NCBI GenBank assembly: GCA_028282585.1
Contig: JANQHR010000117.1
Location: forward strand, 1-64,000
Length of the DNA stretch: 64,000 bases
From: Bacteroidales bacterium
GTDB lineage: Bacteria; Bacteroidota; Bacteroidia; Bacteroidales; UBA12077
Direction of reading: 5' to 3'
Shown here: one piece after another, positions 19,421 to 28,563 of the stretch
How the letters are laid out: each line of letters begins with the position of its first letter
Numbering within the stretch: the stretch's first letter is position 1
Position numbers and translations under genes: made by a program
The notes under the pieces: generated by a model
What the model saw: the letters and a program-made list of their open reading frames with translations, nothing else
Told to the model about the DNA's origin: nothing
Database searches by the model: none

Positions 19421-20965
19421 TTATTCTCCATTTTTAAACGCCAATGCACCTGTTGGACATGCTTCTACACATTTTTGTGATGCAATAGTTAAAGCTTCTT
19501 TTAATTGTTTGTTAAAGGGTATATCTATTTTAACGTTAAAACCACGTCCAATATATGTAAGTCCTGTTAATTCTTTTTCACCTGACGCTATTTCTATGCA
19601 TAAACCACAACGAATACATTTTTCTTGTTCAAAAACTACATCATTATGATGCATGTACTTTTTTAGTTGTTTTCGTTCACCAAACGAGTATTTCTTCTGA
19701 TTCGCTCCGTACTGATCAGCATAAACTCTCAGCTTACAGCTAGTTGGTTTTCTGCAGTCGCAACGTAAGCATCTTTGAGCTTCTTTTACTGCTTCTTCTT
19801 TATTAAAACCACTTAATTTTCCTTTTACAGGTTCGATTCTATTATCAAAAATAGCTTCTTTCTTATATTCCTCAATTTCCGATTCAGTTAATTTTCCAAA
19901 TCTAGAATTAAATAAGCGATTAGCTTTGCCAGGGCCTTTTCCTTCTAAAAACAGATTAACTGAAAAGGCAGCTTCTTTACCTTGAGCTAATGCCCTAATA
20001 GCCATTTTATGATGCCGTAACACACTACCGCATGCAAAAACACCATTCATATTTGTAGAATAAGAGGAATCTATTGTTTTCAAATCAAAATTGAAGTTTT
20101 CTTCAGGATTACCAGTAGCAATTATTATAGCATCAAAATCTTTTTTTAGCGTATTCTCAAAAATTTCAGGATTAATATTTGTATTTAACTCGAATTTGGC
20201 TCCAAATTTTTTGATAATTTCTATTTCACTTTCTAAAGCTTTAGCAGGAAGTTCATTTTCAGGGACAGATAATAATGAACCGCCAGCTTTTTCTTTTTTG
20301 TCAAAAATTACACAATTTTGACCACTCTTTAGGATGTAATAAGCAGCTGCCAATCCTGCAGGTCCGGAACCAATTACGGCAACATTCTTATTTGTTTGTG
20401 GTTTCTTTTCAGGTAAATAGACAGAATCTTTATTAATATCAACATCAGCAACAAATCTTTTCAAAAGACAAATAGAAACCGGATTATCAACCTGTTTTCT
20501 TCTGCATGCGCCTTCGCAGGGAGCCGGGCAGATATAACCTAAAATTAAAGGTAATGCAATATCTTCTTTTACTAATTGTAAGGCTTCATCAAATTTATTA
20601 TTAGCAATAAGTCGATTCATTTCAGGAATATCCATAAATGCAGGACAACTTAACCTGCAAGGAGCTTCACAATCGCCAACATGATCGCTTAATAACAGTT
20701 CCAACCCTTCTTTTCTTGCTTCAATTACTTCTTCATCGTCGCAAATGATATCCATACCTTCCCTGGCCGGCATAGCACATGATGGAAACAATTCTCCATT
20801 GTTCTTATTTTTAACAAGACAAACCATGCATGATGGATGATTCTCAAACTCATCTTTTAAATAACACATGGTAGGTATTTCTATTCCCAACGATTCCGCT
20901 GCCTTTAAAACAGTAGTACCTTCCTTTACTTTAACAGGCTGACTATTTATTTTTAATTCAATCAT
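19421..20965 (-). CDS. HydA/NuoG-like Fe-S subunit with inserted GltD-like Fe-S/FAD domain, no catalytic domain
   Basis: N-terminal 2Fe-2S Cys set; LLSDH; CEAPC..SCP and CPAPCEGAC; GSGPAG; CLRCDC..C; CIRCGLC..CP. Confidence 0.82.
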   Translation of the reverse strand: MIELKINSQPVKVKEGTTVLKAAESLGIEIPTMCYLKDEFENHPSCMVCLVKNKNNGELFPSCAMPAREGMDIICDDEEVIEARKEGLELLLSDHVGDCEAPCRLSCPAFMDIPEMNRLIANNKFDEALQLVKEDIALPLILGYICPAPCEGACRRKQVDNPVSICLLKRFVADVDINKDSVYLPEKKPQTNKNVAVIGSGPAGLAAAYYILKSGQNCVIFDKKEKAGGSLLSVPENELPAKALESEIEIIKKFGAKFELNTNINPEIFENTLKKDFDAIIIATGNPEENFNFDLKTIDSSYSTNMNGVFACGSVLRHHKMAIRALAQGKEAAFSVNLFLEGKGPGKANRLFNSRFGKLTESEIEEYKKEAIFDNRIEPVKGKLSGFNKEEAVKEAQRCLRCDCRKPTSCKLRVYADQYGANQKKYSFGERKQLKKYMHHNDVVFEQEKCIRCGLCIEIASGEKELTGLTYIGRGFNVKIDIPFNKQLKEALTIASQKCVEACPTGALAFKNGE

Positions 20966-20966
20966 T

Positions 20967-23315
20967 TTATTTTGTTATAACAGCATCAACAGGACAAACT
21001 TCCCTACAAACATCACATTTTATACATTTCTCTTGCTCGATTTCATGTACTTCATATGGTTTAACCGGTATGGCATCAGATGGACAGCGTTGTGCGCATT
21101 TTGTACATCCAATACAATCTTCAGTTATTTCGTATCGAATTATTTCCTTACATTTACCTGTAGGACATGTCCCCTTTATATGGGCTTCATATTCATGTCT
21201 GAAATATTTCAAGGTTGTAGTAACCGGGTTTGGAGCAGTTCTTCCTAAATTACATATGCTACCCTTTTGCGTTTGTTCTGCTAATTTTTCAAGTGTACCA
21301 ATATCTTCCATTTTACCTTGACCACTGGTTATTTTTTCTAAGATCTCAAGCATTCTTCTTGTTCCGATTCTACAGAATGTACAACGTCCACACGACTGAT
21401 CCTGTGTAAATGATAAAAAATAATGCGCAATATCCACCATACAATCAGTCTCATCTAAAACAATTAAACCGCCGGAACCCATCATTGCACCTACTTCCGT
21501 TAAAGAAGCAAAATCTATTGGAATATCTGCCATAGATTCGGGAATGCAACCACCGGAAGGTCCGCCAATCTGAACAGCTTTAAACTTCTTATTATTTGCA
21601 ATTCCACCACCAATATTTTCTACGATCTGCCGAATAGTTATTCCCATTGGAACTTCGATTAATCCACCACGGTTGATTTTTCCAGCCAAGGCAAACACTT
21701 TGGTTCCTTTACTATCTTCTGTTCCGGTACTATTAAAAGCTTTTGAACCATTTCGAATAATCCAGGGAACTAATGAAAATGTTTCAGTATTATTTATCAA
21801 TGTTGGTTTATCCCAAAGTCCTTTTTCCGAAGGATAAGGCGGACGTAGTATGGGGTAACCACGATTACCTTCGATTGATTTATAAAGAGCCGTTTCTTCA
21901 CCACAAACAAATGCTCCAGCTCCTTCAAATATTTTTAGATTAAAAGAAAATCCTGTTCCTAAAATATTATTACCAAGCATTCCTTCGCGCTGACAGATTT
22001 CAATTCCCTCTCTAATTCGTTTTACCGCTAACGGGTATTCTGCTCTGATATATAAAATACCTTCAGAAGCTCCAACTGCGTAACCTGCTATAATTAGTCC
22101 TTCAATTATTCGGAAAGGATAAGATTCCAATAACATCCGGTCCATAAAGGCACCAGGATCGCCTTCATCACCATTACAAATAACATATTTTTTATCAGAT
22201 TTATTATCTTTTACTAACCGCCATTTTTGTCCGGTTAGGAATCCACCACCACCACGGCCTTTTAATCCACTTTCTTCAATTTCATCAACAACTTCTTGTG
22301 GAGTCATATTCTTTAAGCACTTATCCAAAGCCTTAAATCCATCCAGTTTTTTATATTCTTCCAGATCAAATGGTTTTAATTCTCCACGATATTCGGTTGC
22401 AATGTTAATTTGCCCTTCCAGAAATTCTGAGATTGGTGTATTTATTTCATCCTCAGCGTATTTTTTAGTGAGTTTAGGAATATTCTCAAAAACAAAGCTA
22501 TCTACGAAATTATTAAATCGACTTTTGAATCTATCTATAAAACTAGTTGGTTGAAAATGATTTAGAACAATGCCTCTAACTTCTTCTGCATTAATTTTAG
22601 TGTAAAAGGAAGTAACCTCATCAGGTTTATGAATCTCAAGCATAGGTACCTGATTACATACTCCAACACATCCAACTTGCTTAACATCTACATGAATATG
22701 ATTTCTGCTTAAGGTATCCTCAAGTTCTTCTTTTATATCCTGACTGCCGCTGGCAATGCAACAAGAACCAAGTCCTATCCTTATTTCTCCTTGTGTTTTT
22801 TCATCAACCGCGAGTGATGATTTTTGTTCTGATTTTGGTTTATCTTTATTTTCAATGAAATCCTGAATTACTTCACCTACTTTTTCCGTTGTAACATGGC
22901 CATATGTGGTTTCATCTATTTGAACTACAGGAGCTAATGTGCAGCATCCTAAACAAGCAATTTTTTCTACGGTAAATAATCCATCTTTATCCGTATCATC
23001 AAAGTCTTCAATCTCTAATTCTCGTTTAAATGCATCGTAAACCAACATTGCACCTTTAACGTGACATGCAGTCCCTACACACACTTTAATGATGTGTTCA
23101 CCTACAGGTTTATGTCTAAACTGAGAATAGAATGTTGATATTCCGTATATTTTTGAAGGAGTTATATCCGTTGTATCACAAACCCTTTGTAGGGCTTCTT
23201 CAGGCAGATAATTAAAATTTTCCTGAATAGCTTGAAGAATAGGGATAACCATTTCCACAGATTTTCCCTTTTCTTGTATAATGTTGTCGACTATATTTTT
23301 TATTTCTGTACTCAT
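20967..23315 (-). CDS. Fused HydC-HydB (NuoE-NuoF-like) NADH/FMN Fe-S flavoprotein
   Basis: CVGTAC..CLGCC (2Fe-2S); CCIASG..CVGVC; GRGGGGF, NGDEGDPGAFMDR, GAFVCGEETAL; SCGRCTFC..C; two C-terminal CxxCxxCxxxCP. Confidence 0.9.
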   Translation of the reverse strand: MSTEIKNIVDNIIQEKGKSVEMVIPILQAIQENFNYLPEEALQRVCDTTDITPSKIYGISTFYSQFRHKPVGEHIIKVCVGTACHVKGAMLVYDAFKRELEIEDFDDTDKDGLFTVEKIACLGCCTLAPVVQIDETTYGHVTTEKVGEVIQDFIENKDKPKSEQKSSLAVDEKTQGEIRIGLGSCCIASGSQDIKEELEDTLSRNHIHVDVKQVGCVGVCNQVPMLEIHKPDEVTSFYTKINAEEVRGIVLNHFQPTSFIDRFKSRFNNFVDSFVFENIPKLTKKYAEDEINTPISEFLEGQINIATEYRGELKPFDLEEYKKLDGFKALDKCLKNMTPQEVVDEIEESGLKGRGGGGFLTGQKWRLVKDNKSDKKYVICNGDEGDPGAFMDRMLLESYPFRIIEGLIIAGYAVGASEGILYIRAEYPLAVKRIREGIEICQREGMLGNNILGTGFSFNLKIFEGAGAFVCGEETALYKSIEGNRGYPILRPPYPSEKGLWDKPTLINNTETFSLVPWIIRNGSKAFNSTGTEDSKGTKVFALAGKINRGGLIEVPMGITIRQIVENIGGGIANNKKFKAVQIGGPSGGCIPESMADIPIDFASLTEVGAMMGSGGLIVLDETDCMVDIAHYFLSFTQDQSCGRCTFCRIGTRRMLEILEKITSGQGKMEDIGTLEKLAEQTQKGSICNLGRTAPNPVTTTLKYFRHEYEAHIKGTCPTGKCKEIIRYEITEDCIGCTKCAQRCPSDAIPVKPYEVHEIEQEKCIKCDVCREVCPVDAVITK

Positions 23316-23405
23316 CTAATATATTCTTTTCTAATATATTCTTTGCGACTCAGCGACTTATCTTATTTTCAATTTTAAACCGCAAAGATGTAAAGGCGCT
23401 AAGTT
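23315..23405. repeat. 15-bp tandem duplication plus CTTTGCG/CGCAAAG palindromic repeat
   Basis: TCTAATATATTCTTT twice (23315-23344); CTTTGCGACT...CCGCAAAG..GGCGCTAAG. Confidence 0.65.
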
Positions 23406-23497
23406 TCAAAAACCATTAACAAATCTTTTAAATCCGTTTTTCAAAAGCGGAACATTAAAACTTCTTTTGAAAACTTATTATATTTTTCTTTATTCAT
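23406..23497 (-). pseudogene. Internally deleted GxxExxY-family gene remnant
   Basis: MNKEKYNKFSKEVL joined out of frame to FNVPLLKNGFKRFVNGF*; these resemble the N- and C-termini of GxxExxY proteins as I recall them. Confidence 0.6.
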
Positions 23498-23557
23498 TTT
23501 ATCGTTCATATTCGCTGCAAAGTCACCAGGATTTGGAGTTTCTATTAATTAACGTTT

Positions 23558-25405
23558 TTATTTCCCAATACAATATAAATTCTTATCAGCTCTTATAAAA
23601 ATCCTGCCATCAGCGAAAGCTGGCGTACTCACTACTCTTTCTCCTAAAGCAGCTTCTCCAAGTGATACAAATTCTTTGTCTACTTTAAATATATGCGTAA
23701 TACCTTCCCTGTCAATTAAATAGATTTTGTCTTCAACCATTATTGGTGATGAGTAAAATCCATTGTCAAATTCTTTTTCCCATAACAAGGTGCCTGTTTT
23801 AGCATCATGGCAAACAACTACACCATAACTGGTTGCAAGGAATAAATATTTATCGGTTGCAACGGGGCTTGGTACATCTGATAGGTAATCATATTGTTCC
23901 CAAATTTTTTCCGGTTGATCTCCCATCTTAATGGCAACTAAACTTGCATATTCATTGGTTGCAAATACAATCCCATCAGCATAAGCAACTGAAGGTCCAA
24001 CTTCTCCATATAAACAATCCAGTCGCCATAACTCTTCTCCTGTTTTTGCATCATACGATGCTACAAAAGGATCAGTTACTAAAAGAATTTCCACTCTGTT
24101 ATTATGTTGAACAATCACCGGAGATGCCCATGAGATTTTACCTTTACGTTCAGTACTCCACACTTCATCTCCTGATTGCGTTGATAATGCTATTATTTTT
24201 GACGCACTTCTATGATCATATTGAATTATCAATTTATCATCATAAATATACAGTGATGAAGAGTAACCATAATGATTTTGTGGTACACCCAGATTTTTAA
24301 CCCAAACCCTGTTCCCTTTCATATCCAAAGCAATTACATCTCCTGTTGAAAATATTGCAAAAACACTTTTACCATCGGTTGTTACAGTTGGAGCTGAATG
24401 ACCGGTATCATTTGTTACTTCTGGTGCTGAAGCAGGCGAACCGGGAACGTTATCAACATTGGCTGTCCAGATTAATTCGCCTGTATTTTTATCAAAACAG
24501 TAAACCTGGCGCAGTGCGGCATTTGCTCCTGATAAAAATACTTTATTACCCCAAACAACAGGTGAATTATAACCATGCAATGGGATAGAGGATTTCCATA
24601 AAATATTTTGTCCTGAAGCACCATCCCAGCTTGTTGGAATATTTTTTTGAAATGCTATTCCGTTTCCACCCGGACCGCGGAATGAAGGAAAATTAGCCTT
24701 CATTTCGGCAGTTGGGTATTTAACTATTGAACTTATTGCAACTTGTTCAGGCTTTTCTACAGGAGCTGTTTCTTCAGGTTCAGATGCTTCAGTACCAACA
24801 GGTTCTGTTTGTACAGTTTCTGCTACCTGTGATCCGGAAGAAATTTCTTCTGTTGCTGCTTCATCAGCAGAACTTTCATCGGTAACTACATTCTCATTAA
24901 TTGCCGCTTCTACGAATGTTTCTCCTAGTCTGTTATGTGTTAAAAATGCAAAAACTAAAGCAATTGATACCAAACTAACGCCTCCAATAGATACCCATTT
25001 GCGAGCAGTTTTTTGTAGAAACAAGTTGTTTTCATCTTTTTCACCAACTTCCGGAGATATTTTTTTAGCTGAATTTATTAGTTGGTATGAAATTACAAAA
25101 AGAATTACTCCAATAAGCAGTAAATATCCACCGGTTCTGATTTGCCATTGATTGGTAAAATATGCTTTACGAACCAACAAGTCCAGTTCTCTAATTTCCA
25201 ACCTTAATGCTTCATCATTCGGATTTTGACTCAGACGTTCAACCAATGTATTAATCAATTCTGTGTTAACAGGATCTAATCTGTTAATTTGAAAGTAATT
25301 TGCTATTATTAAGAAACATATTATAAATGAAAAGATTGCAGCTACGATTGCAATTCCTTTCCATAGTTGAGTATTTGTAGTTAAAAGTTCCTTTATTTTT
25401 TTCAT
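23558..25405 (-). CDS. Membrane-anchored PQQ-like beta-propeller protein (P7)
   Basis: Three N-terminal TMs, acidic/Pro linker, FPSFRGPGGNG, SSP/GxxxW blades. Confidence 0.85.
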   Translation of the reverse strand: MKKIKELLTTNTQLWKGIAIVAAIFSFIICFLIIANYFQINRLDPVNTELINTLVERLSQNPNDEALRLEIRELDLLVRKAYFTNQWQIRTGGYLLLIGVILFVISYQLINSAKKISPEVGEKDENNLFLQKTARKWVSIGGVSLVSIALVFAFLTHNRLGETFVEAAINENVVTDESSADEAATEEISSGSQVAETVQTEPVGTEASEPEETAPVEKPEQVAISSIVKYPTAEMKANFPSFRGPGGNGIAFQKNIPTSWDGASGQNILWKSSIPLHGYNSPVVWGNKVFLSGANAALRQVYCFDKNTGELIWTANVDNVPGSPASAPEVTNDTGHSAPTVTTDGKSVFAIFSTGDVIALDMKGNRVWVKNLGVPQNHYGYSSSLYIYDDKLIIQYDHRSASKIIALSTQSGDEVWSTERKGKISWASPVIVQHNNRVEILLVTDPFVASYDAKTGEELWRLDCLYGEVGPSVAYADGIVFATNEYASLVAIKMGDQPEKIWEQYDYLSDVPSPVATDKYLFLATSYGVVVCHDAKTGTLLWEKEFDNGFYSSPIMVEDKIYLIDREGITHIFKVDKEFVSLGEAALGERVVSTPAFADGRIFIRADKNLYCIGK

Positions 25406-26688
25406 TGTAATTCAGTTTTTACTTCAGGTAATACAGGGCAATAATCAACACATCGTGCACAACTTAAACAAGTTCCTTTATTTGGAGTATAATCTTCTCG
25501 ATATTTAAATATGGTTAAACTAACTAAGGTTAATCCGAAAACTAATCCTATAAAACCACCAAGAATCCATCCACCAATGTAAAATTTCTTTATTATTGCT
25601 GCAACTTCATTATATAATTCTTCTTTTGACTGACCCGCGGCTTTGAAGGCTGTAATTTCGAATGCTTCCTGTTCAGTTTCACCATAATTAGTTTCATTTA
25701 ATAATTCATTGGCTAATCGAACTTTTGTATTTACAGAAGCCAGGTTTTCATGAAATTGTGATCCGGTATAACCACCAATTAAAATTAATACTGGTATTAT
25801 TATAGTATACATCAAAAATCTACGAACAGCTATTGGTCTTTCTTCTTTTTCTTTTAATAGAACGGGTTTGTCAATAGCTTCGAAAGGGCAGGAATCTTCG
25901 CATAATCTGCACTGAATACATTCGGTAGGGGTAATTGTAATATGCTTTTTTGAGAATCTGCTTACAAGATTCAGTAAAGCTCCATAAGGACATAAAAACC
26001 TGCAATAAGGACGGGCAATAAAGATTCCTGTAAGTAGCAATACTCCACCAATGGAAAACATCATGAATGTTGCATCGAACCTAAAGAAACCAACAAAGGG
26101 ATCATATCTGCAAATAATAAAATCCGTACTTGTTGCAGCATAAAGTATTGCTAATCCAAGGTATATAAATGGAATTATTCCTAAAACCTTTTCCAGCCAT
26201 GTTTTTATTGACATTGGTTTTAGTGCAAAAATGTCTTGCAAAGTTCCTAAAGGACAAACACCCGCGCAAAATGTCCTTCCAAAAAACAAAGTATATACAA
26301 TTGGTAAAATAAAAAAAGCTATTGCCGTTAACGGAATACTGTATTCGGGATTAAAAAGTGCCAGAGTAATATTCTGTAGTGATCCCACAGAACATATACA
26401 TCCTTCCCGGAAAAAACCAAAGTATAAAACAGCAAATACGGACATCCAGAATACCCCTTTTCTCGATCTTTTTTTAATAACGAGCCATGTTACTACACTT
26501 AATGCAGCAACTAACACAAACGTATCTAAAATATCTAATGCCTGAGCTCTTGGATCTGGAGTAACTGTTGGTGGTTGCGTATGTCCGGATTCAAATTCGG
26601 GCTTTGGGAAACGCTGAATAGCATAAATATTATAAACCTGGAGAGATATTATAGCTAATAAAAGTATGGTTGCAATTTTCTTTTTCAT
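25402..26688 (-). CDS. NapH/MauN/NosR-C-like polytopic 4Fe-4S membrane protein
   Basis: GCICSVG, FCAGVCPLG, YCRFLCPYG, CIQCRLCEDSCP, CLSCARCVDYCP among many TMs. Confidence 0.85.
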   Translation of the reverse strand: MKKKIATILLLAIISLQVYNIYAIQRFPKPEFESGHTQPPTVTPDPRAQALDILDTFVLVAALSVVTWLVIKKRSRKGVFWMSVFAVLYFGFFREGCICSVGSLQNITLALFNPEYSIPLTAIAFFILPIVYTLFFGRTFCAGVCPLGTLQDIFALKPMSIKTWLEKVLGIIPFIYLGLAILYAATSTDFIICRYDPFVGFFRFDATFMMFSIGGVLLLTGIFIARPYCRFLCPYGALLNLVSRFSKKHITITPTECIQCRLCEDSCPFEAIDKPVLLKEKEERPIAVRRFLMYTIIIPVLILIGGYTGSQFHENLASVNTKVRLANELLNETNYGETEQEAFEITAFKAAGQSKEELYNEVAAIIKKFYIGGWILGGFIGLVFGLTLVSLTIFKYREDYTPNKGTCLSCARCVDYCPVLPEVKTELQ

Positions 26689-26708
26689 TCAAATTATAAA
26701 ATAGATAT

Positions 26709-27293
26709 CTAACTTTTGTTTTCTTCTTTGCTAAAACCTGCAAAAATGTATGGACTATCAATAGAAACACGCTCAAAGGCATCTGCCGGACAATCTCTTG
26801 CAATAGAACATTCGTTGCAGTCTACACATAATCTATGATTAACCTGCAATTGGAGAGATCCGTTCCCAAAAGCACCGCATCCTTTAACACATTTTGCACA
26901 ACCAATACATAATTCTTCAATTATATGATATTCAAAAAAAGGTTCTTCAATAAACTTACGTTCTATTGCTGCTGTCGGACAAAGCTGATTTTCAGCTGCA
27001 GTTGTTAAATTTTTTGCTTCAGGTCTGAAATATCCTCCGCATAAATCGCAGTATCCGCACATATCATAAACATGGAAACATTTAACAGCAGATGGGGTCA
27101 TTATACAACTGGTTGCACAACGGCCGCATTGTATACATTTGGCAGGATCAAGTTGCCAGACATATTCTTTTGCTCTTGATCTTTTATATAACCCAACGCC
27201 TAATCCGGTTAATCCTAAGCCAATGGAAAATCTGAAACCACGATCTATGAAGGCTCGTCTGTTTAGATCTTTCTTTTTTTCCTTCTTTGCCAT
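26709..27293 (-). CDS. Tat-type polyferredoxin (NapG/MauM-like role)
   Basis: LNRRAFI plus a hydrophobic stretch; 17 Cys including CxxCxxCxxxC motifs (about four 4Fe-4S clusters). Confidence 0.82.
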   Translation of the reverse strand: MAKKEKKKDLNRRAFIDRGFRFSIGLGLTGLGVGLYKRSRAKEYVWQLDPAKCIQCGRCATSCIMTPSAVKCFHVYDMCGYCDLCGGYFRPEAKNLTTAAENQLCPTAAIERKFIEEPFFEYHIIEELCIGCAKCVKGCGAFGNGSLQLQVNHRLCVDCNECSIARDCPADAFERVSIDSPYIFAGFSKEENKS

Positions 27294-27295
27294 AA

Positions 27296-27505
27296 CTAAG
27301 CTGATTTTTTGTTCTTGTTCCTTTTAAAAATAACAGCTTCAGGCTGCTTGCACGAGTTTAGTTTTCTACAATCTCTACATACAAAATCAAAATTGCAGGG
27401 CTCTGTAATTTTTGATTTCCTGTAGATTAACACTCCACTTAGAGCAGCTAATCCGGTAAAGATTGTTCCCCTTCCAATAGATGATATAAACTGACGTCTA
27501 TTCAT
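27296..27505 (-). CDS. Small Tat-type peptide with four Cys
   Basis: MNRRQFI, hydrophobic segment, C-x5-C-x2-C-x5-C; packed 2-3 nt from both neighbours. Confidence 0.75.
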   Translation of the reverse strand: MNRRQFISSIGRGTIFTGLAALSGVLIYRKSKITEPCNFDFVCRDCRKLNSCKQPEAVIFKRNKNKKSA

Positions 27506-27508
27506 AGC

Positions 27509-28471
27509 TTATTTCTTTTCAAATATTCTAACTAGCTTCTTAACAGGATCTAAAACATAAATTCTATCTTTTGAATCTACTGCTAAATCAATACCTTTGG
27601 TACCTTCTTCGAAAATATCCGGGCCAGCTACAACCGATTTAAAATCGCCCGATGGAGAATGAACTTTAACTCTTTCTAATCCCTTTTCGCTTGTAACGAA
27701 CGAACCATTAGATAAAATGGCAATATTAGATGGATTGCAACAACCGCTGAAACCTTCCAATTGCATAGAGGTTCTTTCCCAGGATGATATCAGATTACCA
27801 TCAAAATCATAATTTTCGAAAGCATGTATTCCAGGATTTACCACCCATAATCTCCCAAGATTTCCTATTAACAGATCAAAATGAGGGCTTGGAATAATAA
27901 AACCAGGAACACCTTTTAGCGTATCTTTTTTCCCAATCTCATTTCTAAGGTTTCCTTCTAAATCATAATGATAAACTATTTTATTTCCGGCATCGGCAAC
28001 AAAAACTGAGTTTTCAGTAGTGGCAATGCTTGTTGTTATAACATTTTCATTTAAAGTTTTCCATCTGGATTTTAAATTTCCGGTTCTATCATAAACTTCA
28101 ATATGATTCAACATTCCAAGATAGATATTCCCATTATTTGATACATCTATCGAATAAGCAGTTGAGTCAATTTCAAATGATTGGCTTACAGTTCCATTTG
28201 TTCTATAAGTAATTACTTTTCCAGCGCCGGTTACATAAATGTTATCATTGTCATCTATATCAATAGAAATCAGTTCATTTATGTCAGGATTTAGTTGAAG
28301 TACTTCTTTATAATGAATTAATTCAGGATCGATATTCTTCAGTTTATCAATATTGTATTCGTATGGATTTTTCTGACTTTTATTCTTACTCTTGTAAAAA
28401 TCCTGCCACATAACTACAATTACACCTATTAATATAACTAGTAAAAAGCCTATTGTTATCTTCTGTTTCAT
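27509..28471 (-). CDS. Membrane-anchored NHL-repeat beta-propeller
   Basis: N-terminal TM; IDIDDNDNIYV, VFVADAGN, LAVDSKDRIYVLD; GFSGCCNP. Confidence 0.8.
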   Translation of the reverse strand: MKQKITIGFLLVILIGVIVVMWQDFYKSKNKSQKNPYEYNIDKLKNIDPELIHYKEVLQLNPDINELISIDIDDNDNIYVTGAGKVITYRTNGTVSQSFEIDSTAYSIDVSNNGNIYLGMLNHIEVYDRTGNLKSRWKTLNENVITTSIATTENSVFVADAGNKIVYHYDLEGNLRNEIGKKDTLKGVPGFIIPSPHFDLLIGNLGRLWVVNPGIHAFENYDFDGNLISSWERTSMQLEGFSGCCNPSNIAILSNGSFVTSEKGLERVKVHSPSGDFKSVVAGPDIFEEGTKGIDLAVDSKDRIYVLDPVKKLVRIFEKK

Positions 28472-28563
28472 ACCTGTTATTTTTTACTATTTCTATTTCC
28501 ATTTTCTTAGCATCCAGATTCTTTGTAGCTTATTTTTACCACTAAGAACTGAGGCTTGAAATT

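Noticed and set aside
19421-20965. Glutamate synthase small subunit gltD
   Set aside because: It has extra HydA/NuoG-type Fe-S domains, lacks the NAD(P)-binding subdomain, and no gltB is nearby.
19421-23315. Respiratory complex I, [FeFe]-hydrogenase or formate dehydrogenase
   Set aside because: No nuo membrane subunits, no H-cluster motifs and no molybdopterin domain are present.
25402-25405. Selenocysteine readthrough at TGA stops (also 41920 and 58777)
   Set aside because: These TGAs overlap the start of the next gene, the proteins look complete, and no Cys-equivalent position is implied.
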